Assembly: GCA_016927065.1 (NCBI GenBank)
Contig: JAFGNJ010000027.1
Span: forward strand, 36,506-100,505
Reading direction: 5' to 3'
Origin: Deltaproteobacteria bacterium
GTDB taxonomy: Bacteria; Desulfobacterota; B13-G15; RBG-16-54-18
DNA length: 64,000 nt
The notes under the pieces are model-generated. The model ran no database searches. It worked only from the letters and a program-made list of their open reading frames with translations, and had not been told where the DNA came from. Shown here piece after piece: positions 29,027 through 38,712 of the stretch (positions are counted from its first letter, which is position 1; the number at the start of each line of letters is the position of its first letter). The translations under genes were made by a program, and so were the position numbers.

Positions 29027-29625
29027 GCCTCACCTCCTATGCCCATTTGCTGTAAGATTCCTCCCAATCGTTTGCGGGCGTAAAACATCCTTGTCTTAAC
29101 TGTATTGGAGGGGCATCCCATGATCTCGGCTATCTCCTTTATGGAGAGCCCCTGATAATAGGTCATGTCGAGTACCTCCCGGTGTTCCCGGCTTAAGCTG
29201 TTGATGGCCATGCGCATCTTGTCCCTCAACTCGGAGCTATAGGTTGCATCGTCTTGTGTGATCTTATTGTCTGCCGTTATCTCCACGGTCTCTAAATCCT
29301 TGTGCGTAGGTGGCCTCTTTTTGATTTCCTTGCGGACCTTGTTGACGGCGATCCCGAACATCCAGGTAGAGGGTTTTGACTCGCCCCTGAACCGTTTTGC
29401 CCCTCTCCAAATCTCCAGCATGACTTCATTGGCCACCTCCTTGGCCCCCTCTCCTTCGCCGAGTAGGCGATAGGAGAAAAGGTATAACCGCTTATAGTAT
29501 CTATCGTAGATCTCACGGAAGGCCTGGTGATTGCCCGCTGCCACCAACTCCAACAACCTTCCATCTTCCAACGATCGTTTATGTGTTCTCAATAGATAAG
29601 TCCTCGCACAGAGAAAAAGGTTCAA
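29023..29625 (-). CDS. RNA polymerase sigma factor, ECF (sigma-70 region 2 and region 4)
   Basis: Regions 2/4 motifs (YRLL..., YYQGLSIKEIAEIMGCPSNTVKTRMFYARKRL); listed TTG start coincides with promoter motif, so true start is probably a downstream non-ATG codon. Confidence 0.8.
   Translation of the reverse strand: MNLFLCARTYLLRTHKRSLEDGRLLELVAAGNHQAFREIYDRYYKRLYLFSYRLLGEGEGAKEVANEVMLEIWRGAKRFRGESKPSTWMFGIAVNKVRKEIKKRPPTHKDLETVEITADNKITQDDATYSSELRDKMRMAINSLSREHREVLDMTYYQGLSIKEIAEIMGCPSNTVKTRMFYARKRLGGILQQMGIGGEA
29614..29624 (-). promoter_or_regulatory. candidate autoregulatory ECF-type -35 element TGAACCTTTTT
   Basis: 11-mer at the extreme 5' end of the sigma ORF. Confidence 0.35.
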
Positions 29626-29722
29626 AGGGGGTTTTGCCCCTCTTGTGAAATACTAAGCCCCAATCTCCATGAAATGAAGATTGAGGCGTGGGATGACACC
29701 TTTCCTCCTTCAGGATCAAGTG

Positions 29723-30520
29723 TTACGGCCTCATCCGGGCCGCCGTCCCGAAATAACGGTCCTTTTCCTGAAGCACTATCTTGAGCTGATCTGTTGGGTC
29801 GAAGTGGATTTCTGCATAACCTTCCTCCGGTATGACGAGGCCGGCATAGGTGAGTCGCCAGTGCATCTCGGCCATGATGACCCCCTCCAGCTCATAGACC
29901 TGGTCGACGGTGAAGCGCAGGACGATGTTGTTAAGGGTTTTAAAGTCATTATCAATGGTTCTTCGCAGTCCCTGCCAACCCTTAGGATATTGCTGATAGT
30001 CTTTTGATATTAATTCCATATACTGTTCTAGACGTCTGGACATGTAGGCCTTGGCCAGCTTATCCGCTTGCTGCTGGATCAACTCCCACAGCGTGATGGG
30101 AAGATAGGTGAGCCGTTTTATCCCGAAAGCTTTGGGGGCGGAGATAAGACCTGCAGAATTGGTAACCCTGAAGATTAGTTGGTAGCTCTTGTTGGGAAGG
30201 GGGACAAACCTGAACTGCCAACTCTCATGCCCTGTTGCCTTTTCCCATGTTTTTCCGCCGTCAAGGGAGACCTCCACTTTTTTCACCTGAGATCCGGCTC
30301 CATCGGCTGTTCCCACGATCAGGATCTCACCGTTGCTGGTAAGATCCTCCTTAATGATCGTCACGTCGGTCGCGTTCGTGAGATCTTTTTTGCCGATGGC
30401 GGCATTGGTGATGCTCGGTTTATCCAGTTTTTGAGGAGCCATTCCCCAGGCCAACGATACGAGCGACAGCAAGACAATACTGGTTACAACACACCTATAA
30501 CATCCCTTCCATAAAGACAT
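29723..30520 (-). CDS. secreted protein, paralog A (Ig-like N-domain plus NTF2-like-looking C-domain)
   Basis: Signal peptide; extended sequence similarity to the adjacent gene (e.g. FGIKRLTYLPITL, HWRLTYAGL). Confidence 0.6.
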   Translation of the reverse strand: MSLWKGCYRCVVTSIVLLSLVSLAWGMAPQKLDKPSITNAAIGKKDLTNATDVTIIKEDLTSNGEILIVGTADGAGSQVKKVEVSLDGGKTWEKATGHESWQFRFVPLPNKSYQLIFRVTNSAGLISAPKAFGIKRLTYLPITLWELIQQQADKLAKAYMSRRLEQYMELISKDYQQYPKGWQGLRRTIDNDFKTLNNIVLRFTVDQVYELEGVIMAEMHWRLTYAGLVIPEEGYAEIHFDPTDQLKIVLQEKDRYFGTAARMRP

Positions 30521-30573
30521 CGATTTCTCCCCGATGAGAATTTCTTTATCTTTTATTCGTTACTTATTTTATG

Positions 30574-30584
30574 AAAAAAGTTCA
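30574..30584 (-). promoter_or_regulatory. candidate ECF-type -35 element TGAACTTTTTT (variant)
   Basis: Variant 11-mer on minus strand 54 nt upstream of ATG at 30520. Confidence 0.3.
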
Positions 30585-30886
30585 TGAGGCCTTCGCCTGC
30601 TGTTGAGTTATCCGCTTATCTGGAATCGGAGGCCTTATTGTTCTATTTTTTTATAGTAAATTAAGCAGGATAAAAGACCTTGCCTTGGATCTTTGAGCTA
30701 AAATCTTCCTTTTCACGCTAGCTTTATACAGCCAATATTACACGGCAGCCTTAATGCGTCTCGTCAGCGATAACCCAAAAAGTGTTTGAACTACTAACTG
30801 ATTGTTTCCGTGCCCCTTACTGTACGCTGAACACCTTGATATCCGCGATGTAGTGACGTTATCAACACTTCTAGTTCACACACAGC

Positions 30887-31966
30887 TCAGGTGAATGTAA
30901 AGGTAGTAACCCGCCGTACATTCCTTCGCCAATCAGCAGTAATCTCATCTGTATAGGTAATGGTAATAGTGTCTCCTAGTGTAAGGGGGAAAAAACGTGA
31001 CCCCACAAACTTTCCCGAGCGGCGCGGGGTCTCTGTTAGCGTTATATTGCCGTTAAATATAACAACACCGCCTATTACCGTTCTAACTCTTACGGTAATT
31101 ATGTTGGCGCCGACCTTGTCCAGATCGGTAACGATGAACTCGTATACCGACGCAGCTAAAGGGACTATCTGTATTGTCCCATTATATCCGATGGGTGCGG
31201 ATCCAAAGTAGAGATCATTTTTCTGGACCAGAATCGCCAGTTGATCATTGCGATCGAAATGGATCTCTACGTAGCCCTCCTTGGGCTCGAGGAGCCCCGC
31301 GTAGGTGAGCCGCCAATGGATATCGGCCATGATCATCTCTTCCAATTCAAAGATTTGATTCACGCTAAAGCTCAGAACGATGTTATTAAGGGACTTGAAG
31401 TCATTTTCTATAGCCTTGCGCAGGTTTTGCCACCCTCGGGGATAGTTCTGATATCCTCTCGAGATAAAACCCATATACCTATCTCTATCTTTGGCCATAT
31501 ACACCTTGGCCAGTTCATCGAGCCGCTCCTCGATTAATTCCGACAGCGTTATGGGAAGATAGGTGAGCCGTTTTATGCCGAATGTCTTTGGATTGGAAAC
31601 GGCACCATCGGCGTTGGTGACCCGGAGGGTGAGATGATAGGTATAGTTGGGGAGAGGAAGGAACTCATGCTGCCACTTCTCGCGTCCCGTTGCTTCCTTC
31701 CAGGTCTGTCCGCCGTTGAGAGAGACTTCAACCTTTTCGACCGGGGGGCCTCCTCCTGCGGACTGTCCCCCAATGAGGATCTTGCGTTCGCGGGTGAGAT
31801 CATCCTTTATAACCGTTACTTCAGATGTTGTTATAAGGTTCTGTTTGCCGATCGTGGCCGAGGTGATATGTGGTTCATCGGCGGCAGCCACCAATGGCAC
31901 TGTCAACACAGAGAGTACAAGGATAATGTTCAGACACCCATAAAACAGTCTTTTCTGTACCCCCAT
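30887..31966 (-). CDS. secreted protein, paralog B, with extra C-terminal beta-rich extension
   Basis: Start set at Met of MGVQKRLF (signal peptide) with Shine-Dalgarno GGAAAGGGAGG; longest ORF to 32035 would include the promoter motif. Confidence 0.6.
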   Translation of the reverse strand: MGVQKRLFYGCLNIILVLSVLTVPLVAAADEPHITSATIGKQNLITTSEVTVIKDDLTRERKILIGGQSAGGGPPVEKVEVSLNGGQTWKEATGREKWQHEFLPLPNYTYHLTLRVTNADGAVSNPKTFGIKRLTYLPITLSELIEERLDELAKVYMAKDRDRYMGFISRGYQNYPRGWQNLRKAIENDFKSLNNIVLSFSVNQIFELEEMIMADIHWRLTYAGLLEPKEGYVEIHFDRNDQLAILVQKNDLYFGSAPIGYNGTIQIVPLAASVYEFIVTDLDKVGANIITVRVRTVIGGVVIFNGNITLTETPRRSGKFVGSRFFPLTLGDTITITYTDEITADWRRNVRRVTTFTFT

Positions 31967-32023
31967 ATTTCCTCCCTTTCCGTAATACGAGCTCGATCTT
32001 TTATGTAAGTGCTTATTTCCCCA

Positions 32024-32034
32024 ATAAAGGTTCA
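32024..32034 (-). promoter_or_regulatory. candidate ECF-type -35 element TGAACCTTTAT
   Basis: 11-mer on minus strand 58-68 nt upstream of ATG at 31966; overlaps stop of the upstream barrel gene. Confidence 0.35.
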
Positions 32035-33669
32035 TTAAAATGTTAGCTTCAATCCACAGTAATAGACACCTTCTATGTAGTTCTGGTCATAGGCATCCTC
32101 ATCAAAGTGCATATAACTTGCACTGAGGGTCAAGTTAGCAGTAAATAGATTTCGTTCCCACAACACCTGATCAAAGACGGCACTGCACGAGCGACTGATA
32201 TTATCTACGAACCCTAAGGAAGGGTCAGGATCATTATCGTAGTACTCGACGGCTACAGTGAGGCTTAACGATGATTTAGTACGTTCATAGCTGAGAGCGA
32301 GTCCCGCATTACCACTGTAGACCCGATCGATCAATCTTGAAAGGATATATTGTCGATATTCATAGGTCCCTCCGAAGTTCCATGCCCAGTCCAGGGCCAA
32401 CCAGGGATAGTTGATACCGAGAGATACAGTAGGTGTGTGGCTGAAGTACTCACAAGTGTCATCGGTCCTGTTCCAATTCCTGCTATAGGTATAGCCGATG
32501 GAGTAATTCCAGTGCGTGAAGCTTTGGTACACTGTACCGTAGACCATGAGATCATCCTGGTCCGTCGTGCGGGGTTCATCCTTGGTGTAGTATTTTGAAT
32601 GATCAATCATGAGATCAACGGCAAGGCTATTCCACATATCTTCTCTTTTGTAAAAAGGATAGATGGTAGAGCTGAAAGAGGTCAGGTGAGTATGGGTGCG
32701 GTGTTCCGCCAGTGAATGTTTATCTATTTTGTCGTAAGAATACTCATAAAAGAGCATTGTACTCACCATTTCCCACGGGGCGTACTCTATTTCTCCCTTT
32801 ACCCGCTGTACATCCGCTGAGGCATATCCCATGGTCGAATAGAACCAGGGTTCCACGCGCTCAAACTCGGCCCGTATCGTGAGATTGTCGCGCGGACTGA
32901 TATCCCCCCTCGCTAAGAAGGCGTTTCCGTATTGGTCTCGGAGTGTTTTATCCCGCTCATCGTAATTATAGATGCTACGGGCATACTCAGCATCGAAATG
33001 GAGTCGGTCGCTCCACAGGCTCAGGTGAAGATCACCTCCAAACACCTGGTTGAACTGATCTCCGAGCGAGGAATCGGCCCGCAGCGAATCCCGTTCAACA
33101 TCTGAATAGATAAAGGTACCTCCTAGGGTAAGGTGTTCTTTGTAAAAGAGTTCTATCCTCCCGCCGGTGGTGTTTTGGATGTAATCATCCAAGTCTTGAT
33201 CTCGGTTTCTTCCATAGAGGGCCGATACTTTTATCCAATCGTTATATTTGTAGAACCCCTTCGCTCCCAGCAAGGAGGTGCTGAGGGTATACGGGGTATA
33301 ATCCTCGGCGTAATCCCCGCCCCAGAGTTCATAGAATTCATCGTAGAGACGAAAGTAACCCTCCACGAACATCCACTCTCGCTCATCGATTTGGTGTAAT
33401 GAATCGTTACTGTTCCTAAAGTGAGTATAGCCCTGGAACTTTATCTTATCAGTAAATTCGTGGTTGAGATCGAGGATTAGGTTCTCCACATAGAACCAGC
33501 CTTGCTCCAAGGATGATTTTTCCTCGTTACCCCTGACATAGTTATAGTAGCCCTCTGACGAGAGATAAATATCAAAGGAGCCTTTTTCCCAATTGATGGC
33601 GGAGACGGTGATGGGAAGCAGAAAAATAGTAATCGCTATACATAAGGAGAGCAATCTCATGTTATCCAT
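32035..33669 (-). CDS. putative outer-membrane beta-barrel protein
   Basis: Signal peptide MDNMRLLSLCIAITIFLLPITVSA, Tyr/Asp-rich alternating pattern, C-terminal ...GLKLTF ending in aromatic residue. Confidence 0.6.
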   Translation of the reverse strand: MDNMRLLSLCIAITIFLLPITVSAINWEKGSFDIYLSSEGYYNYVRGNEEKSSLEQGWFYVENLILDLNHEFTDKIKFQGYTHFRNSNDSLHQIDEREWMFVEGYFRLYDEFYELWGGDYAEDYTPYTLSTSLLGAKGFYKYNDWIKVSALYGRNRDQDLDDYIQNTTGGRIELFYKEHLTLGGTFIYSDVERDSLRADSSLGDQFNQVFGGDLHLSLWSDRLHFDAEYARSIYNYDERDKTLRDQYGNAFLARGDISPRDNLTIRAEFERVEPWFYSTMGYASADVQRVKGEIEYAPWEMVSTMLFYEYSYDKIDKHSLAEHRTHTHLTSFSSTIYPFYKREDMWNSLAVDLMIDHSKYYTKDEPRTTDQDDLMVYGTVYQSFTHWNYSIGYTYSRNWNRTDDTCEYFSHTPTVSLGINYPWLALDWAWNFGGTYEYRQYILSRLIDRVYSGNAGLALSYERTKSSLSLTVAVEYYDNDPDPSLGFVDNISRSCSAVFDQVLWERNLFTANLTLSASYMHFDEDAYDQNYIEGVYYCGLKLTF

Positions 33670-34003
33670 TGCCTCCTTCTACATTTAACTGCTTCTCAGC
33701 ACCTGTAAAATCATGGTCGCAAAAAAGCCTCCAGAGGGCATACTTAAACCTTGAAGACTCAATACAGCGTGCTTTTTCGCAAACTTTCCTTCTCATCCTC
33801 CCCCTTCTGAAAGATAGCGACAATATTGTTGTATAATATCAGTCCTTTTCAGATTGTACTGTAGCACACTAGTTAAAAGTTTAGCCCTTGTCAAGAATAA
33901 ATATGTTCATTCGGAAGATGGGTATAGACAAAGTTATTAGCAACTTAGGTAACATAAAAGCCGTGGTTAATGTGTCAGGGACAGAAGGAGTGGTGTTATC
34001 CAG

Positions 34004-34597
34004 TTATTGTTGCTGGAGGAGCTTTATTTCCTTTAAGGCAAAATCATCGTGGTTGCCGCACTTGGGACCTTTTGCTGTGACGATGAGCTTGTTGATCCCA
34101 GGGCGCAATACGTGTGAGGGGAGGGGGACCTGGATGGTTCTGAATGTTCTATCCTCTTCTTGATAAACGTAGTTATTGAGGTTATCAATATAATTGCCAT
34201 TGATATATAATTTATTTGTAAAGAAACCGTTGCGGTAGTCTGTACTCTCATTGTCGTTGCGTACGGCAACCATTCCTGCTACCTGCAAGGAGAGGGTGTT
34301 TTTACTTCCCACTGATCCTAGAGTAAATTCCTTCTGATACTCCAGACCGACCCCACTATTATCATCACCTATGTAGCTCATCTCGGGGTCAATAATGATA
34401 GTTTTTGTCATTTCCTCTACGTTGGATATCTCCCTATTAATGTACTGTTCACTCTGGGGGGTAGCTTGGGAAATGTTGGATATTAAGCGAAAAAATAATC
34501 GGGGGGTAACGGGGAAAAGGCCTAATATTAAAAGAATAATTATACAATAACTGAAGCCCTTTTTCATCAATGCCTCTTTTTTCGGAGACGAACCCAA
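34004..34597 (-). CDS. secreted hypothetical protein
   Basis: Signal peptide; likely start at internal Met MKKGFSYCIIILLILG (about 34567). Confidence 0.5.
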   Translation of the reverse strand: MGSSPKKEALMKKGFSYCIIILLILGLFPVTPRLFFRLISNISQATPQSEQYINREISNVEEMTKTIIIDPEMSYIGDDNSGVGLEYQKEFTLGSVGSKNTLSLQVAGMVAVRNDNESTDYRNGFFTNKLYINGNYIDNLNNYVYQEEDRTFRTIQVPLPSHVLRPGINKLIVTAKGPKCGNHDDFALKEIKLLQQQ

Positions 34598-34708
34598 TTT
34601 ATATAATAATTTGACGAAAAGGTCAAGCTTTTTTGTATAAAGAAGCAGTTGACATTAATGCTTTCTGTATGGTTAATTAATACTGTACGATTCTTTGAAT
34701 AATTTTTA

Positions 34709-35788
34709 TTGTCAATGCCTGAGATAAGGGAAAGATATAAGGATGTCAAGAAGATCTTGGTCAAAGGAACAAACTGGGTAGGCGATACCATTATATCGTT
34801 CCCTGCTGTTTACTCCTTACGCCGTCTCTTTCCGAAAGCCCATATTACTGTATTGACAAAATCCCATCTCACCGGGCTCTGGAAGGCTAATACAGATCTC
34901 GATGAAGTAATACCGTATGATATGCCCACAGGCGCGGGCAGGATCTTCGGTGAGTTGAAGGTAGCGCGACGCATCAGAAAGAGAGGTATAGACCTTGCAA
35001 TCGTTTTGCCCCGATCCTTTAGCTCAGCCTGGATGGTTTTTGGGGGAGGGATCCCCCATCGCATTGGGTATAAAGGTGAGGGACGAGATTGGCTTTTGAC
35101 CGAAAGGATCGACCGCACAGGCGATCTTTTGAGTCAGCACCGTATGTACTATTATCTCCATCTCATAGAGCGCATAGGACGCTGTTCCTCCCCCCCTGTT
35201 CCTTCATTATCCCTTAATGGAAATCAAGAAAACTGGTCCAATGCATTTCTTTCGCAGCATGGCCTAAAAGGCACGGTGCTGATTGGTTTTAACCCCGGGG
35301 CCACATATGGGGAGGCCAAGTGTTGGCCTTCGGAGCGATTTATAGAATTGGGGAGGAGATTGAGAAAGGAATATGGTGCCTTTATCCTTATCTTTGGCTC
35401 TTCTCGTCCTCAAGAAAAGGCATTAAATGTCATGATTGCCCAGGGAATCGGTGAAGGATGCCTCAATCTATCAGGGGAAACCTCGTTATTACAGTTGGCG
35501 GCGCTGCTTCGACACTGTCAGGTGTTAGTCACCAATGACACGGGTACCATGCACGTTGCGGCGGCGGTGGGCACACGGGTGATGGCCATATTCGGCCCCA
35601 CTGATCCCCGGACGACCTCACCCCTGGGGGAAGGAAATGTGGTCATCCGCAAGAAAGTTTCATGTAGCCCCTGTCTCAAAAGGGTATGTTCTGAAGATCA
35701 TCGATGTATGGATTTGATAGAGGTGGAAGAAGTTTATCATACGGTATGTGCGCACATACCTGGGGGAACGGTATCGGTGAAAGGATAA
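34709..35788 (+). CDS. ADP-heptose:LPS heptosyltransferase-like glycosyltransferase (GT9)
   Basis: GT9-like N-terminus KILVKGTNWVGDTIISFPA and C-terminal TNDTGTMHVAAAVG motif. Confidence 0.8.
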   Translation: MSMPEIRERYKDVKKILVKGTNWVGDTIISFPAVYSLRRLFPKAHITVLTKSHLTGLWKANTDLDEVIPYDMPTGAGRIFGELKVARRIRKRGIDLAIVLPRSFSSAWMVFGGGIPHRIGYKGEGRDWLLTERIDRTGDLLSQHRMYYYLHLIERIGRCSSPPVPSLSLNGNQENWSNAFLSQHGLKGTVLIGFNPGATYGEAKCWPSERFIELGRRLRKEYGAFILIFGSSRPQEKALNVMIAQGIGEGCLNLSGETSLLQLAALLRHCQVLVTNDTGTMHVAAAVGTRVMAIFGPTDPRTTSPLGEGNVVIRKKVSCSPCLKRVCSEDHRCMDLIEVEEVYHTVCAHIPGGTVSVKG

Positions 35789-36543
35789 TGGAAAAGATCT
35801 CTGTTTACGTCCTTACTTTTAATAATGAGAGGACTATTGAGCGGTGTTTAGAAAGTATCCGGTGGGCCGATGAGTTGGTGATCGTGGATTCTTACAGTAC
35901 CGATGACACGCTGGATAGATGTCGCCGCTTTACCAACCAGGTCTATCAACGAAAGTGGACAAACCACCAAGATCAATATCAGTATGCCGCTGATCTGACG
36001 GCGAACCGCTGGGTGATGTTCGTTGATGCCGATGAAGAGATCCCCCCTGCGTTGGCCCAGGAGATCCAAGAGGAATTAAAGATCAAAGACGGTCAGTGGG
36101 ATGGCTATATCGTACATCGACACACCTATTACCTGGGGCGATGGATACAGCACGGTGGGTGGTACCCTGACTATGAGATCAGATTATACGATCGGAACAA
36201 GGGAAAGTGGGCAGGGGGCCTGCATGCCAAGGTAACGGTGGATGGGAGGATCAAGACCTTGCAGAACCGTTATCACCATTATACTTATCGAGACATTTCC
36301 GATCAGATTCAGACTATTGACAGATATTCTCAGATCGCCTCGGAGGATATGCTTCGAGAGGGTAAAAATTTTAGTCTTATAAATATGTTGCTGAATCCAC
36401 CCTTTCGTTTTATAAAGGAGTATATCTTTAAAAGGGGTTTTCTGGATGGGATACCTGGTTTGATAATTATTGTCTCCACTATGTTTTATGTGTTTATTAA
36501 GCATGCCAAGCTGTGGGAACGGCAAAAAGGATTGAGTGAATAA
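35788..36543 (+). CDS. glycosyltransferase family 2
   Basis: SVYVLTFNNERTIERCL...VIVDSYSTDDT GT2 signature; TAATG stop-start overlap. Confidence 0.8.
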   Translation: MEKISVYVLTFNNERTIERCLESIRWADELVIVDSYSTDDTLDRCRRFTNQVYQRKWTNHQDQYQYAADLTANRWVMFVDADEEIPPALAQEIQEELKIKDGQWDGYIVHRHTYYLGRWIQHGGWYPDYEIRLYDRNKGKWAGGLHAKVTVDGRIKTLQNRYHHYTYRDISDQIQTIDRYSQIASEDMLREGKNFSLINMLLNPPFRFIKEYIFKRGFLDGIPGLIIIVSTMFYVFIKHAKLWERQKGLSE

Positions 36544-36544
36544 T

Positions 36545-37552
36545 ATGGCGGGCAAAGAGACCTTTGAGGGGAAACGGGCACTGATCACCGGAGGGTTAGG
36601 CTTTGTGGGAAGCAACTTGGCTATTCGGCTTGTGGAGGAAGGAGCTGCAGTTACTCTTGTGGATAATATGATCCCCCGTCAAGGTGGCAATTTGTTTAAC
36701 ATTTCTCCCATTGCCGACAAGGTCCATGTAAACTTCAGCGACGTGAGAAATCAACTCTCCATGGATCATCTTGTGCAGGGACAAGATTATATTTTCCATC
36801 TGGCTGGCCAGGTGAATCACGTGGAGAGCGTGCGCAATCCCATTCAGGACCTTGATATCAACTGCCGGGGCACCTTGGTTCTGTTAGAGGCCTGTAGGCG
36901 GTTCAACAGAGATGTCAGGATTATTTTTTCAGGTACCAGGGGAGAATACGGTGCAAGTGTCCATCTGCCCGTCGATGAAAACCATCCCACGAATCCTAAA
37001 GGAATATACGCCGTGACCAACTTAACGGCGGAAAAGATGATCCTCGTCTATCACGATATCCATAAGATCCACGGGGTTTGCCTCAGGATTACCAATACCT
37101 ACGGTGAGCGTCACCAGATGCACCACGATGAATTTGGTGTGCTGAATTGGTTCATCCGTCAGGCCATGGATGGTAAGACCATACCGGTCTTTGGGGATGG
37201 GATGATCTTGCGAGATTTTTTGTACGTAGAAGACGTGGTAGATTGTTTTTTGATGGTGACGACCTGTCCTCAGGCCTATGGCGAGGTATTCAACGTGGGC
37301 ACGGGGGTTCCCATCAATTTTGTTGATCTGGCCAAGAAGATTGTAGCGATCGCAGGTAGTGGCAGGATGGACTTCACCGAATTTACCCCGGAACGGAAAG
37401 AAGTAGAACCGGGGGACTACTATACTGATATTGCCAAGATCAAACAGGTGGTGGGCTGGGAGCCTAAGACCTCCCTTGATGAGGGGATCAGCAGGACCAT
37501 AGCGTTTTATCGACAATATAAAGACCACTATTGGAAGGACCCTGCTCAGTGA
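36545..37552 (+). CDS. NAD-dependent sugar epimerase/dehydratase (SDR family)
   Basis: Rossmann GGLGFVGSNL; catalytic YxxxK region. Confidence 0.85.
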   Translation: MAGKETFEGKRALITGGLGFVGSNLAIRLVEEGAAVTLVDNMIPRQGGNLFNISPIADKVHVNFSDVRNQLSMDHLVQGQDYIFHLAGQVNHVESVRNPIQDLDINCRGTLVLLEACRRFNRDVRIIFSGTRGEYGASVHLPVDENHPTNPKGIYAVTNLTAEKMILVYHDIHKIHGVCLRITNTYGERHQMHHDEFGVLNWFIRQAMDGKTIPVFGDGMILRDFLYVEDVVDCFLMVTTCPQAYGEVFNVGTGVPINFVDLAKKIVAIAGSGRMDFTEFTPERKEVEPGDYYTDIAKIKQVVGWEPKTSLDEGISRTIAFYRQYKDHYWKDPAQ

Positions 37553-38712
37553 AAATCCTCCATCTTTTTTCGGATTGGAAGTGGACGGGGGCGGCCGAAC
37601 CGGTGGTAAACCTTTGCTCGGCCCTCCAGCAGCGAGGACATGAGGTGGTTCTGGCCTATCGGTGTCCTCCCTTTGAGGTCTCGGAAAGTCTAGAAATAAG
37701 AGCGAGGGAGAAAGGCGTTTGTGGCACTGGTGTCTTTCGTCTTGAACCTATCTCTAAGCTTCACAAGATATATTTCTTAAAGGCACTTGTTGGTGATATC
37801 AAAGATATCGCGCGCTACATCGATCAGGATCAATTTGATATCGTCACTGTTCATAATTCTCATGATCATATCGTGGGGGGGTTAGCGGTGAAGGCTTCAA
37901 GAAGACATCCCCCGATAATCCGGATGGATCATAAGCAGAATTCCCTGAAGGCGGATCTTATCAGCAAGTGGTTTTTCAAGAGATATACCGATGGCCTTAT
38001 TACTTTTTCTAAAGGGGGAGAGGAGAGGTTGACGAACGGTTTAGGATTTCCTCCTGACAGGGTGATCAAAGTACCTACAGCCGTGGACCTCACCAGGTTT
38101 GATCCACAGAGGGGCTACAAAGATATGCGCCCGGTTTTCGGGATACCCCCCACATCTCCCGTCGTGGGGATCGCGGCCAGGTTTCAGAGATATAGAAGGA
38201 CCGATATCCTTTTGGAAGCCGTATCGCATCTGACTAAAGATGTTCCTGAGGTAAGGCTTTTATTGGTAGGCCACAGTAGCCAGATGCAAAAGAGTATCAT
38301 AGAACCTATGGAAAATTTAGGGATATCTTCTCACGTGATTTTAGCCGGGTATCGAATGGATGACTATGTCGATACCCTTGCCTGTATGGATGTCTTCGTC
38401 TTGCTTACCCCTGGTTCTGATGGAACGGCCCGTGCCCTGCGGGATGCCATGGCCATGGGGAAGCCGGTAGTTGCAACCACAAAAGGTATTTTGCCGGAGC
38501 TCGTACGTAATGGGGTTAACGGATTTATCGTACAGGAGACTCCGCAGGCCATCTGCCAAGCCCTTTTACCCCTCGTGAAGGATCAGCAATTGCGCCATTC
38601 AGTAGGAAAGGCTGCTCGGAAGACGGCCCAAGAGGAATTTCGCCTGGAGCGTCAGGCCGAAGCGGTGGAGGCGTTTTATCAAAAGATAGTGGAGGCGCTT
38701 CCTCGTTCATGA
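37531..38712 (+). CDS. glycosyltransferase family 4 (GT-B fold)
   Basis: GT-B C-terminal domain pattern; start may be GTG 37549 (GTGA overlap with upstream stop). Confidence 0.8.
   Translation: MEGPCSVKILHLFSDWKWTGAAEPVVNLCSALQQRGHEVVLAYRCPPFEVSESLEIRAREKGVCGTGVFRLEPISKLHKIYFLKALVGDIKDIARYIDQDQFDIVTVHNSHDHIVGGLAVKASRRHPPIIRMDHKQNSLKADLISKWFFKRYTDGLITFSKGGEERLTNGLGFPPDRVIKVPTAVDLTRFDPQRGYKDMRPVFGIPPTSPVVGIAARFQRYRRTDILLEAVSHLTKDVPEVRLLLVGHSSQMQKSIIEPMENLGISSHVILAGYRMDDYVDTLACMDVFVLLTPGSDGTARALRDAMAMGKPVVATTKGILPELVRNGVNGFIVQETPQAICQALLPLVKDQQLRHSVGKAARKTAQEEFRLERQAEAVEAFYQKIVEALPRS

Noticed and set aside
33888-34163. 91-aa plus-strand ORF in the region upstream of the outer-membrane barrel gene
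   Set aside because: No Shine-Dalgarno or motifs, and it overlaps the 3' end of the minus-strand secreted protein gene 34004..34597.
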